A DNA stretch of 64,000 bases from an uncultured Lachnospiraceae bacterium (GCA_902775485.1 CACYMJ010000002.1:48031-112030), one strand, 5' to 3'. Counted from the stretch's first letter, positions 9,364 through 18,276 are shown. The notes: generated by a model not told the origin, from the sequence alone. Numbers and translations: made by a program.

Positions 9364-9705
9364 TTAATAAGAAATGGCCAGCACACCGGCAACTGCCCCT
9401 GTAAACGTTTCCCACTCACTAAGCTTTGCCTTCAGATATTTCCTTCCGGCATTTGTTATGGAGTAGTACTTGCGTGTTTTTCCAACCCCATCCTGCTCAT
9501 ATGATGTCAGGTAGTTTTTTGACTCCAGTGTATGAAGAAGCGGATATAATGTACCGGCTTTGAGTTCAAAAACATTCTGTGAGCGCGACCTGAGAGTCTC
9601 GATCATCTCATACCCGTACATATCCTTTTCATCCTTTTCCGAAAGAAGCTTTAACAGCATCGTTCCCATGCTTCCGGACAACAGCGTTTTATCTATATTA
9701 CTCAT
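9364..9705 (-). CDS. PadR family transcriptional regulator
   Basis: 113 aa. MYGYEMIETLRSRSQNVFELKAGTLYPLLHTLESKNYL is the canonical PadR winged helix. Confidence 0.85.
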   Translation of the reverse strand: MSNIDKTLLSGSMGTMLLKLLSEKDEKDMYGYEMIETLRSRSQNVFELKAGTLYPLLHTLESKNYLTSYEQDGVGKTRKYYSITNAGRKYLKAKLSEWETFTGAVAGVLAISY

Positions 9706-9726
9706 ACAGCCTCCTTTATATCGAAT

Positions 9727-9740
9727 ATCTATATATAGAT
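9727..9740. promoter_or_regulatory. perfect 14-bp palindrome atctatatatagat upstream of padR (possible operator)
   Basis: Read directly. It lies 22 nt upstream of the padR start codon. Confidence 0.3.
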
Positions 9741-9871
9741 AATCTATATACTATATCGATATTCTATACTAGTCAAGACTATTTCTCTCCCAATAATGAA
9801 TACTCATTTTACGCAAAACAAAAAGAACCATTATCACTGAAAAAATCAACGAAAAACAGTTCTTTTCTTCA

Positions 9872-9891
9872 TCGGGGTGACAGGATTCGAA
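9872..9891 (-). repeat. exact 20-nt copy of the tRNA-Pro 3' end (distal att site of the inner island)
   Basis: tcggggtgacaggattcgaa is identical to 18277-18296, in direct orientation. Confidence 0.85.
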
Positions 9892-9950
9892 TACTAATCC
9901 TAGCTTGAAAACGTAGGAAAGGAGCGGCTTTCAGCATATCGGTAACCCCA

Positions 9951-9972
9951 GGTATCAGTTTGGTATCAGTTT
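9951..9972. repeat. tandem direct repeat ggtatcagttt x2
   Basis: Read directly. It begins 59 nt inside the att copy. The 9-mer ggtatcagt recurs at 18238-18246 next to the intact tRNA. Confidence 0.8.
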
Positions 9973-10025
9973 TTTACCCGACGACTATTGTCTGTATCGT
10001 CGACTTAACCTCGCCATCAAACAAA

Positions 10026-11819
10026 TCACCTTTCTGCATTAGTTATGCTAATGCCTGAAATATGTGAAAAACAAGATAAACACCCCTGCTTTCCATTTTC
10101 TCTTTTTGCACTGGCCGAAACATAAACCTGTTTACGTGCTCTGGTGACAGCAACATAGAAAACAGAGAGTTCATCAAGCATTGCGTCTACATTCATAGCT
10201 TCGTTAGGTGGTAATGGGCATGCACATCTTACTGTATCTGAGAACTTATTAACACAATCCTTACAAGTGAAGGATCCTGGCAACCCCCATCTCTCAAAAT
10301 CCGCCAAAAAAACATACGGCCACTCCAATCCTTTGGCGCCATGAACAGTTGAAATAATAACATCAGCATCTACATATTCCATAGCTTGTTTTAACTGTCG
10401 ATTTTCAAAAGTATCTAAAAGCAGACTATACTTATCCTCTGCAGATAGTTCCGAATAATCATATGATACTTTTTTAACAAATGCGTCTAGCAGTTCACAC
10501 AATGAATCTACCATTCGATCATTAAACCCTTTATATTGCATTCTTATACTACGGGAGAATGAAACTAAGGATCTCTTTCCAATTGAATTTAGCTTGTCAA
10601 ATATCTTTATAAACTCCTTTTGACAGTATTTATGAAAATCTATATATTCTTTATCATCGTCTTTAAACATTCCATAGAAATATGGTATATTCTTGTCCTG
10701 AAGTAACTGTTCAAAAACATCCGAATTAGCACTTCGTGCCCTGAAAAGAATAACCACTTTTCCAGTTTCGCCATCATTCCTAAGCGAATTAATCTTCCCA
10801 AGTACTTTTTCTGCCTCGTTGTTCTGATCACTTGCCCAAAAGGTTTCCAACATTGCAGTTTCACTAGTATCAGGGTTAAAGCATTTATATGCATTAGCTC
10901 TTATATTCTTATCCAATTTCAGCATTTCTGGATTATCTTTGAACCTGTAGTTCTTATCTAATTCGATTTTTTTTGCAGATAGCATAGTTCTGGCCGAATC
11001 CATAATATTAGGAACAGCGCCAATAAAACCATATATTCGTTGAAGCGGGTCTCCCAATAGCAGAACATGCGTATTATCTCCAATCAAGTTTTGCAATAAC
11101 TCCCATGCGATACAGTTCGTGTCCTGAAATTCATCAACAACTATTAATGGATATAAGCTATGATAAAATGATTTTACAGCCTCATATTCATGTATTATTT
11201 CTAATGAAAACAGAATAATGGCGGTATAAGTAATTCTATCCTTAGGCAATATTTCCTCTATCACTATTTGGTTATATTTTTTGATTTCGGAGATTTCTGG
11301 CATAATAGCCTGCTTGATTTTTCTATCTATATATAATAAATACTCCTCTTTTTCATGAGAAATCCCTTTTAAATCTATGTATTTTCCTATTTCATCATCC
11401 CCAATTGCATAAAAAAGGTTTACATCCCTTCTTAGCAGCGGAGAAATAAGATGACCATATTTTTTTAGAAAACCTTTACAAAAACCATGATAGTTTGTTA
11501 TTGTAACTTTTTCACTCACATTCACGGGATTATTATCTTCACCTATTAACTCCGGAAGTTTTGCCGAAATGTCTCTTTTAATCTTTAATGCGGCATTCAC
11601 ACTAAAGGTTAGAGCTAATACCCTCTTGGGATTAGGTATTTTCCCTGTAGAGTATAGATATGCTATGCGGCTTACCATAGTCGCAGTTTTTCCGTAACCG
11701 GCTGGAGCTTCCACAATCATGCGCTTTTCATCCGAAATAACAACGCTTATCTGCTTTGAATCCCCGCCATGATTATTCTTGATTTTTTCTTCAATTGTTA
11801 ATGCCGTATTATTGTTCAA
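10026..11819 (-). CDS. gajB: Gabija GajB, UvrD-like helicase
   Basis: VEAPAGYGKTAT (Walker A), VVDEFQDTN (motif II), TVHGAKGLEWPYVFL, YVAVTRARKQVY. Start overlaps the gajA stop. Confidence 0.85.
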   Translation of the reverse strand: MNNNTALTIEEKIKNNHGGDSKQISVVISDEKRMIVEAPAGYGKTATMVSRIAYLYSTGKIPNPKRVLALTFSVNAALKIKRDISAKLPELIGEDNNPVNVSEKVTITNYHGFCKGFLKKYGHLISPLLRRDVNLFYAIGDDEIGKYIDLKGISHEKEEYLLYIDRKIKQAIMPEISEIKKYNQIVIEEILPKDRITYTAIILFSLEIIHEYEAVKSFYHSLYPLIVVDEFQDTNCIAWELLQNLIGDNTHVLLLGDPLQRIYGFIGAVPNIMDSARTMLSAKKIELDKNYRFKDNPEMLKLDKNIRANAYKCFNPDTSETAMLETFWASDQNNEAEKVLGKINSLRNDGETGKVVILFRARSANSDVFEQLLQDKNIPYFYGMFKDDDKEYIDFHKYCQKEFIKIFDKLNSIGKRSLVSFSRSIRMQYKGFNDRMVDSLCELLDAFVKKVSYDYSELSAEDKYSLLLDTFENRQLKQAMEYVDADVIISTVHGAKGLEWPYVFLADFERWGLPGSFTCKDCVNKFSDTVRCACPLPPNEAMNVDAMLDELSVFYVAVTRARKQVYVSASAKRENGKQGCLSCFSHISGISITNAER

Positions 11820-13537
11820 CTTGCAGCCTCTCTGGCTTTCAATATTGCTTTTTTATAACAGTCAGGTATTAGTTCCTTCTTTATTGATCTACCTATTATC
11901 CTGCCTACAAAAATACCTTTTTTCTTATATAGCCATGATGAAACTATATTGTAGAATTCCTGATCAGTCTCCGGAATTGAACCTATTGCCTTTGGAGTAT
12001 AACTGCCTAAATCGAGCCCTAATTTCTTTATATAAGGATCCCGAATAAAATCAGAATCTATAATTTCTGTTAGTGCACGAGGATGGATTTCTGTAAGAAT
12101 ATTTTTAATTAGATTGTATTCTCCGGCATCACACAGTTTTCGAATTATCTCGAATTCAAAGCATGGTTCACTGGTATAAAACTCATTTTCTGATGGTTCC
12201 TTTCCGCCCTTAACATCCCTATCATATATAGAAATGGTTTTAATTCCAAAATGATTGAACAGTGATTCTAATGGCTTTATAGAGCTTTCCCCCTGCGCAT
12301 TAACAACACATATTCCAAATTCGTCTAAATCCACTTCAAGAGTATTGGCAAATTCCTTGATGCAGCCATATTCAGTTTCACCCTCAATCAGAATAACAAC
12401 ATGTGCATAAAATGCTTCCTTTACATCTGGAAATCGCATTATTAGTTGCTTTTCATCGGCTGAAGATATAGAGAATGATGGATCTGCACCTGATATACAT
12501 GCAATATATCCTTGATTGTCAAAAAAACGTACTATATTTCGATAATCATCCATTATAGCGTCTGTCGAATGTGTCACTATAAGTAGCTGTCCTGATACTT
12601 CATCAATATCAAAACATGTTTTTAGCAACTCCAAAAATCCAACATCCTTGTTTTCCAATATTTTTTTGTAATACTTTATTAAAGTACGTTGCAAAAACGG
12701 ATGAAGATGCACCTCAGGTTCATCTAGTGCAATCACAATTGGCAATACCTTCTTTTTGTCATCATTTACAAACAGTCTATCTTCAAATGAAACTGTTTTT
12801 GTTGTATATAACTTCATTATATGTGCTAATACAGAAATAGATGCCATAGCAGTATACTGGATCCCCGCACCTGCATTCTCTATCCTTCGTTCTCCATCGG
12901 AAAGATAAAGAATACTTGTCAATAACTCCACATCATCATGAGAAACTGAAGCCTCTATTCCATACGATTCAAATCCCTTAATCTTTCTAAATCCATCATT
13001 TATATGTTTTTTTAAATCTTCTATACCTGTATTGTTAAATATGGATGGATTATTATCATTAATATAGCTAGTAATAACCCCCTTTATAAATGTTCCCAGT
13101 CCCTTATTTGAGTCAAACTGAAGTTCTTTACTAGGTTGTAAAGTAGACTCATACCTATATAAGTCTATTTTTCGAAGTTGTTTAAGAGCAATGTTATCAT
13201 CAGTATCAGTACAAATGAGGGTTGGATATGCTTCTGTAATAGTTTGAACATATTTAAGATGGATAATCGATTCATCACTAGCATCAAAGTTATCTCCAAA
13301 GAAACCGATCTCTCCTTTTTCCATTTTAATCTGAAGTTCGACTTCAATCGGTGAACACTTATCATTATAATCTTCCTCAGAAAAACCCCTTCCTGTACAT
13401 ACAGTTTCAAGGAGGTATAAAAAATTACTCTTTCCCAAATTATTTTCGCCAATAATATAGTTAATACTTGGATTAAGCCAGACTTCTATTCCATCTATAT
13501 TCCTATAATTACTTACTTTAATATGTTGAAGTACCAT
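11816..13537 (-). CDS. gajA: Gabija GajA, OLD-family ATP-dependent endonuclease (ABC ATPase + TOPRIM)
   Basis: IIGENNLGKSNFL (Walker A), IALDEPEVHLHP (Walker B), C-terminal TOPRIM VILIEGETEYGCI ... IYDRD. Sits directly upstream of a UvrD-like helicase. Confidence 0.85.
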   Translation of the reverse strand: MVLQHIKVSNYRNIDGIEVWLNPSINYIIGENNLGKSNFLYLLETVCTGRGFSEEDYNDKCSPIEVELQIKMEKGEIGFFGDNFDASDESIIHLKYVQTITEAYPTLICTDTDDNIALKQLRKIDLYRYESTLQPSKELQFDSNKGLGTFIKGVITSYINDNNPSIFNNTGIEDLKKHINDGFRKIKGFESYGIEASVSHDDVELLTSILYLSDGERRIENAGAGIQYTAMASISVLAHIMKLYTTKTVSFEDRLFVNDDKKKVLPIVIALDEPEVHLHPFLQRTLIKYYKKILENKDVGFLELLKTCFDIDEVSGQLLIVTHSTDAIMDDYRNIVRFFDNQGYIACISGADPSFSISSADEKQLIMRFPDVKEAFYAHVVILIEGETEYGCIKEFANTLEVDLDEFGICVVNAQGESSIKPLESLFNHFGIKTISIYDRDVKGGKEPSENEFYTSEPCFEFEIIRKLCDAGEYNLIKNILTEIHPRALTEIIDSDFIRDPYIKKLGLDLGSYTPKAIGSIPETDQEFYNIVSSWLYKKKGIFVGRIIGRSIKKELIPDCYKKAILKAREAAS

Positions 13538-13724
13538 TTTTGTCCCCTTTTTTACAGGTGTTTTTCTTTTATAGACCTCTATATTCTATTCTCTGATAAA
13601 GCCTATCCGAATCAAGCTCACTGATAGCACACGGTTTCCAAACTAGCCACCTGAACTATTTCTGTAGTTTCTACTATTCTTCTCAAATCGTGAAATAAAT
13701 CGAAAAAATCTTCTTCAAATACAG

Positions 13725-15065
13725 TTATTGGATAACAACCCAACTTCCGCTTTTGTTTGAGCCAATTCTCTCAATCTTACCTTTCTTCTTTAAACTAACC
13801 AACGTCCGCTCTATAGTCCGCTTTGTCACACCTATTTCTGTAGCCATCTCGTCGGCAGTTTTTTCCGGATTACCTATCAATATCCCTAATACAGCCTTCT
13901 CTGTTTTATTTATACCGACATTTATACCGACATTTATACCGACATTTATACCGACATTATTCACGCTTGATTTCAAAACCTCTTTGTTAAAGGGGATCCG
14001 ACACTTAACATAATTATCTGTAATCTCGAAGACCGTCTTATTATATTTTTTAATTATCGTTGGAACACCATGACCGGTATGTTCCGTTAGTCCCATGCTC
14101 AAAAAAATCCTCATCAATGTAACATTTCTCGGATGACTGATCCCTTCATAGAAGTCTTCCATTGTCATGCCATTTGGAAGTCCTCCATGAGATAGTATTT
14201 CCATGCGATCACTAAAGATAGATATTTGCGGCTCCGTCACAGTCCAATCGTTATGAACTAGCGCATTTAAAACAGCCTCATTAACAGCGTCATAATCAAA
14301 CAGGTACTTATCTTTTCTTGGTCTAACAGAGGTGTCAGAAATACAAATGTTTTCAGCTGATAACCTTGCCTTGATCTTTTCATAAACTGATAGAATACAT
14401 CCATATCCGTAGTCGTTTCTTTCAGAAATAGCTGCTTTATCAACACCACTAAATTTAACAAACGAGAACGGAATGCTGTTTTTATCTGCCAACAGTTCCG
14501 CTAAAAGATTATAATCTCCCTCCTTGTTCCGAAGATTGAAGTTGGCTTCAAAGGAAGCATCATCCACATGAAATCCTTTCTCAGCATAATATATCTTTAG
14601 TTCTCTAAAGGTAAGATCTGAACGGGAAGCGCGCTTTCTCAACATGTATTCTTCGTCTGAAAAGTTTTTTTCATAACGAATGCGAATCTGCTCCGGCGTC
14701 ATCTCCTTACATGTTGTTCCTATACGTATCACACATCCACTTGATGAAAACCCATATTTCTTCTGGCAGTATATATTCCTTGTACCCTTTGGAATACTAA
14801 GAGCAATAAGTGTCTTCCCCGAATCAAATAACACCTCTGTCCGGATTTCCTCCTGAGGATTAGGCTCAATCTGCGTGGTTATTACATCAGATATCTTTCT
14901 TAAAGTATCATCTATTTCTTTTACACCCACTACATCCCCATCATCATTAACACCTATAAGAATCTGACCACCATCTGCATTTAAAAAAGCAACTATCTCT
15001 TTGCAAATAGTGTCCGTGTATTTTACCTTTAATTCAGTCTTTTCTGATTCGATATATTGAGCCAT
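13725..15065 (-). CDS. AlbA_2 (Schlafen-like) / HATPase_c_4 / C-terminal wHTH protein
   Basis: ESEKTELKVKY...IVAFLNADGGQILIGVNDDGDVVGV (AlbA_2). HGGLPNGMT...SHPRNVTLMRIF..GLTEHTGHGV (HATPase_c_4). C-terminal wHTH. The Met at 15065 has an aggaagg RBS; the ORF track start is 15089. Confidence 0.8.
   Translation of the reverse strand: MAQYIESEKTELKVKYTDTICKEIVAFLNADGGQILIGVNDDGDVVGVKEIDDTLRKISDVITTQIEPNPQEEIRTEVLFDSGKTLIALSIPKGTRNIYCQKKYGFSSSGCVIRIGTTCKEMTPEQIRIRYEKNFSDEEYMLRKRASRSDLTFRELKIYYAEKGFHVDDASFEANFNLRNKEGDYNLLAELLADKNSIPFSFVKFSGVDKAAISERNDYGYGCILSVYEKIKARLSAENICISDTSVRPRKDKYLFDYDAVNEAVLNALVHNDWTVTEPQISIFSDRMEILSHGGLPNGMTMEDFYEGISHPRNVTLMRIFLSMGLTEHTGHGVPTIIKKYNKTVFEITDNYVKCRIPFNKEVLKSSVNNVGINVGINVGINVGINKTEKAVLGILIGNPEKTADEMATEIGVTKRTIERTLVSLKKKGKIERIGSNKSGSWVVIQ
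13909..13956. repeat. 4 perfect tandem copies of the 12-mer tttataccgaca inside the coding region (encodes VGIN x4)
   Basis: Read directly. In-frame 12-bp unit located between the ATPase-like domain and the wHTH. Confidence 0.95.
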
Positions 15066-15131
15066 TTTCCGTCCTTCCTCAATTTTCATACTATATATTT
15101 ATAGTATAACTGTTATGCGACATTTTTCAAG

Positions 15132-15154
15132 TTATACCGACATTTATACCGACA
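15132..15154. repeat. two further copies of the same 12-mer (ttataccgaca tttataccgaca) upstream of the same gene
   Basis: Read directly. Direct orientation relative to 13909-13956, about 45-90 nt upstream of the candidate start codons. Confidence 0.9.
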
Positions 15155-15267
15155 CAACTATGCTGGTATACAATAGCATTCAACAGAAATAGAGAGCCTA
15201 ATATCCTATAGTTCTTTTATTAGTCATCATTCTTTTTAGGATATTTGCGCTTTAAATAACTCAAACT

Positions 15268-15293
15268 AAAAAAAGGTGTGGGACACCCACACC
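15268..15293 (-). terminator. intrinsic terminator ending the K+ channel-HEPN operon
   Basis: On the minus strand: ggtgtgggtgtcccacacc hairpin followed by ttttttt. Confidence 0.6.
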
Positions 15294-15323
15294 TAATCGT
15301 TGTACCCGGTCATTTGACCAGCC

Positions 15324-15518
15324 CTATTTCTTTTTTGTATCAGTTTTTGTTTTAGTTGAAGGCTTTCTTGTGACTTTCTTCTTAGGAGCAGTTTTGGGAG
15401 CAACCGTGTTACATACCGCTTTTGCAAAACTTATTGCCTTGTCAAAATCACCCTCAACACGGAACTTCCCCTGAAGATATGCAACCGTTGCATCCAGTTT
15501 TCCGGCGATCAAATCCAT
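15324..15518 (-). pseudogene. truncated SCP2 sterol-carrier-like domain with a Lys-rich tail
   Basis: DLIAGKLDATVAYLQGKFRVEGDFDKAISFAK is the C-terminal half of an SCP2 fold. The in-frame upstream sequence (…YYDCDCRIRGGADVI) runs into a stop, and there is no N-terminal half. Confidence 0.4.
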
Positions 15519-15649
15519 TATAACATCTGCGCCGCCTCGGATCCGGCAATCACAGTCATAATATGCAGGGTTTGCAAATGCAGACAGTTATCTTACTCTT
15601 TTTACCGATTCACTTCCCAAAAAGTAATCAAACGTTAAAAAATGACGGT

Positions 15650-15973
15650 TTACCGATCTTGTAAGCCGCCATATGTATCTGATGATTGTTTTCGTTCATA
15701 TTGCATCTGATAATACATCTCGTTGGCTTCTTCTGTAGCCTTCTTATCCCGCCAGGCATCTATCTCGCTCTTGATCGCCAGCATTTCGTCTACAACGAGT
15801 TCGACTCTTTTGGGTTTTACATGATGCAGGTATGAGCTCATCCTGTTCATAGCCTTTGGGCTTCCAAGGTTCTTAGCAACCTCATTCCCCAGTTCTTCTG
15901 GGAACCCCAGTTGTTTTATTGAATTTACGAGTTCATCTCTAGCTCGTGTCCATTCACGTTGATTTGCTGTCAA
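15650..15973 (-). CDS. hypothetical helical protein
   Basis: 107-aa ORF, co-directional with and 60 nt downstream of the HEPN-motif gene. No motif recognised. Confidence 0.5.
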   Translation of the reverse strand: MTANQREWTRARDELVNSIKQLGFPEELGNEVAKNLGSPKAMNRMSSYLHHVKPKRVELVVDEMLAIKSEIDAWRDKKATEEANEMYYQMQYERKQSSDTYGGLQDR

Positions 15974-16032
15974 TATTGCTCCTTATAAGTGTCTTGACTT
16001 GCCCGGTCAAGCATCTCTGTTATTTCATTCCA

Positions 16033-16704
16033 TCAACAATCTGATATCTTTTGAATATATCTATCTATGTAACTCATAGCAGCTTCAACAAAATAAAACA
16101 TAAACCTATCATATTCCATGTTTGTTTCATATATGATCTGCCTTTTTTTACTCCCGCTCTCGCTGGAATAGGCAGAAACCCAATCCACGTTACTAGACGC
16201 GTGAGCGAAAACCTGAGATGACCAATAATCACCATCGTGTGCTACTCGGTTACGTATACCAAATATCATTTCATCAAAATCATTTAGGGGAGAATTATTG
16301 TCAAATATTTCTTTGTGAGCTACCTTATCCTCCTTGACAATAGTTCTAAAAGAATTTCGAATATACTCAGATCCCTCTTCCGAAAGGTTTTCCGCAAAAA
16401 AATTCTTTTTATCATCCTTGGTTTGCTCGGTCTGCCCACAAATTGATTCGATGCAGGTTCTAACACAGGCCACAACAAGGGGATCTCTCCCCGGCTTGGC
16501 ATTATGTATCATTCCTGCCAAGTCGACCCATCTGGTCAAGAGGTTCATCATCCTACGTGGTGTTTTATCAATGCTATCGTTTTGGAATACCCTTTCCAAA
16601 AAAGCCAAGATAATCTTCGAATCATAGTAATATCTGGAGAAAAAATCATAAACCTCTTTATAATACTCACCGTCAAAACCCGCATTTTGAAACACTTTAT
16701 TCAT
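16033..16704 (-). CDS. HEPN-motif protein (putative RNase)
   Basis: FGIRNRVAHDG contains the canonical R-N-x-x-x-H (Rx4H) HEPN motif near the C-terminal third. Start uncertain (several Mets between 16704 and 16752); it overlaps the channel gene's stop. Confidence 0.45.
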   Translation of the reverse strand: MNKVFQNAGFDGEYYKEVYDFFSRYYYDSKIILAFLERVFQNDSIDKTPRRMMNLLTRWVDLAGMIHNAKPGRDPLVVACVRTCIESICGQTEQTKDDKKNFFAENLSEEGSEYIRNSFRTIVKEDKVAHKEIFDNNSPLNDFDEMIFGIRNRVAHDGDYWSSQVFAHASSNVDWVSAYSSESGSKKRQIIYETNMEYDRFMFYFVEAAMSYIDRYIQKISDC

Positions 16705-17515
16705 GGTTATCTGCCTCGAGATCATCATCCGTCTCATCTTTTTTATGTTCATCTATAATGGCTTCCATATAACCAGCCGTAATAATACCAGCGGGTAACG
16801 CTACAATTGCAATACCAAACAACGACGAGATCATTGTTATGACTCTTCCTGTTGTAGTAACCGGATAAATATCTCCATATCCTACAGTAGTTAACGATAC
16901 TGTCGCCCAGTATATCGCATCAAAGAACGTTTCAAAGGAATCCGCTTCAACATTAAATATAACAAGAGCAGATACCAGAATATATCCAATTGCAAGCGTA
17001 CAAACCGCAAGTAACGCATCTTTGGAATTCCTTATCACTTTCACAATGATCATTATGCTCTTTGAGTATCTAAACGCCTTGAATACTCTAAACACCCGGA
17101 ACGTTCGGAATATCCTGAACAGTCTCAGTAGCTTAAATCCATCACTCAGAATACTTATTCCCGGCAAAATTGATAACAGATCTATAATTGCCATCGGCGT
17201 GAACGGATATTCAACAAATGATTTTGCGCCCTTTTTCAGTTTATAGTCCGCTGTAATCAGTCGGAATACATAATCTGCAATGAATAAGATTACAGTAATG
17301 ATATCGATATAGGTAAACACCGGATGCGGATTCTTGAATGCCAATGGAATAATGCTGACAATGATAGCAATCATCATTGTAATATCATACACTGTGCTAG
17401 CTTTATCTCCGTCCTTCGATACTTCAATTATTTCATAGAGTCTGTTTCGCATAATAATGCTTTGCCTCCTAATGCCAAGATTCTCCATACGGATATTTCT
17501 GTCATTTTTTTGCAA
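16697..17515 (-). CDS. voltage-gated-type (6-TM) potassium channel
   Basis: S4-like LLRLFRIFRTFRVFRVFKAFR; selectivity filter TTVGYGD. Confidence 0.85.
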   Translation of the reverse strand: MQKNDRNIRMENLGIRRQSIIMRNRLYEIIEVSKDGDKASTVYDITMMIAIIVSIIPLAFKNPHPVFTYIDIITVILFIADYVFRLITADYKLKKGAKSFVEYPFTPMAIIDLLSILPGISILSDGFKLLRLFRIFRTFRVFRVFKAFRYSKSIMIIVKVIRNSKDALLAVCTLAIGYILVSALVIFNVEADSFETFFDAIYWATVSLTTVGYGDIYPVTTTGRVITMISSLFGIAIVALPAGIITAGYMEAIIDEHKKDETDDDLEADNHE

Positions 17516-17538
17516 TAATTGTAACTTGATGTTATAAT
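17510..17538 (+). promoter_or_regulatory. sigma-A type promoter for the 17591 gene
   Basis: TTGCAA, 17-nt spacer, TATAAT. Confidence 0.5.
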
Positions 17539-17590
17539 TCTTACCGCGAGGGTTAAAAGGGGTTATTGTCCTATTCTCAGGAGGTTATTT

Positions 17591-17860
17591 ATGAGTAAAA
17601 CAAAAAATCGCCCCATAAAAGGTATCATATTCTCTGTAGTATTTACCATGACCGCGCTTTCTGCTGCTCCGGTTATGGCCGGCACACCTTCAACTCCCAA
17701 AACTGTTGCTGCGGCAAACACTATGGTTTGGGAAACAGCTACCGGAAAATGCTACCATAGTAAGAACAACTGTGGTAAAACAAATCCGAAAAAAGCACGG
17801 CAGATTACATTAGAGCAAGCCAAAACAAAAGGACTGAAAAAGTGTTCTAAGTGTTGGTAG
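17591..17860 (+). CDS. small secreted protein with a C-terminal Cys/His metal-binding-like motif
   Basis: Signal peptide (…SAAPVMAG). C-terminus GKCYHSKNNCGKTN…CSKCW. Confidence 0.55.
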   Translation: MSKTKNRPIKGIIFSVVFTMTALSAAPVMAGTPSTPKTVAAANTMVWETATGKCYHSKNNCGKTNPKKARQITLEQAKTKGLKKCSKCW

Positions 17861-17880
17861 TACACTATATATTATAATGG

Positions 17881-17919
17881 ATATAAGAGCTCTTACTTTC
17901 CCGGTAAGAGCTCTTATAT
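17881..17919. terminator. 16-bp perfect hairpin between convergent genes
   Basis: atataagagctcttac / gtaagagctcttatat with a 7-nt loop. No clear U-run on either side. Confidence 0.45.
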
Positions 17920-17921
17920 CG

Positions 17922-18122
17922 CTATTTAAATAGTTTGAATAAGGAAAAGCTGGTTTTCTTATACACCTTGTTATAGGCAGCTTTCTTAGGATTCTTAAAC
18001 CATCCCATCCCTTTCTTCCCGTATCCCGGAATAAATGACTTTTTTACAGTTCGCTTCGCCCTCCCGGTAGTCCTGGCTTTAAAATTCTTCTTAAGGCTAG
18101 GCTTCCTCATTCCAAATTTCAT
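17922..18122 (-). CDS. small, highly basic hypothetical protein
   Basis: 66 aa, about one third Lys/Arg. No motif recognised. Confidence 0.4.
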   Translation of the reverse strand: MKFGMRKPSLKKNFKARTTGRAKRTVKKSFIPGYGKKGMGWFKNPKKAAYNKVYKKTSFSLFKLFK

Positions 18123-18276
18123 TTATACTATCCTCCGGTATTTCATTATTCTAACATAAACCCTAACACTACAGACATATCCATACAAATGCCGTAACAA
18201 TAAGGAATGACCTTGCAAAGATCATTCCTTTCGATGAGGTATCAGTCTGCTGAACCTCGCAAAGTATTAGTAAGCC

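Larger units (their letters stand above)
6722..9871. mobile_element. outer (older) integrase-less island segment at tRNA-Pro
   Basis: Bounded by tRNA 3'-end copies at 6699-6721 and 9872-9891. Cargo is a TA pair plus a PadR/SEDS-like pair. No recombinase ORF. Confidence 0.45.
9892..18276. mobile_element. inner integrase-less genomic (defence) island inserted at the tRNA-Pro 3' end
   Basis: Flanked by a 20-nt direct repeat. AT-rich by hand count: about 30% GC in the 60-nt line at 10021, about 58% at 20041. Carries Gabija and other accessory genes. No recombinase ORF in the six-frame track. Confidence 0.6.

Noticed and set aside
13909-13956. Possible CRISPR-like array
   Set aside because: The units are 12 bp, perfectly contiguous with no spacers, and lie in frame within a CDS.
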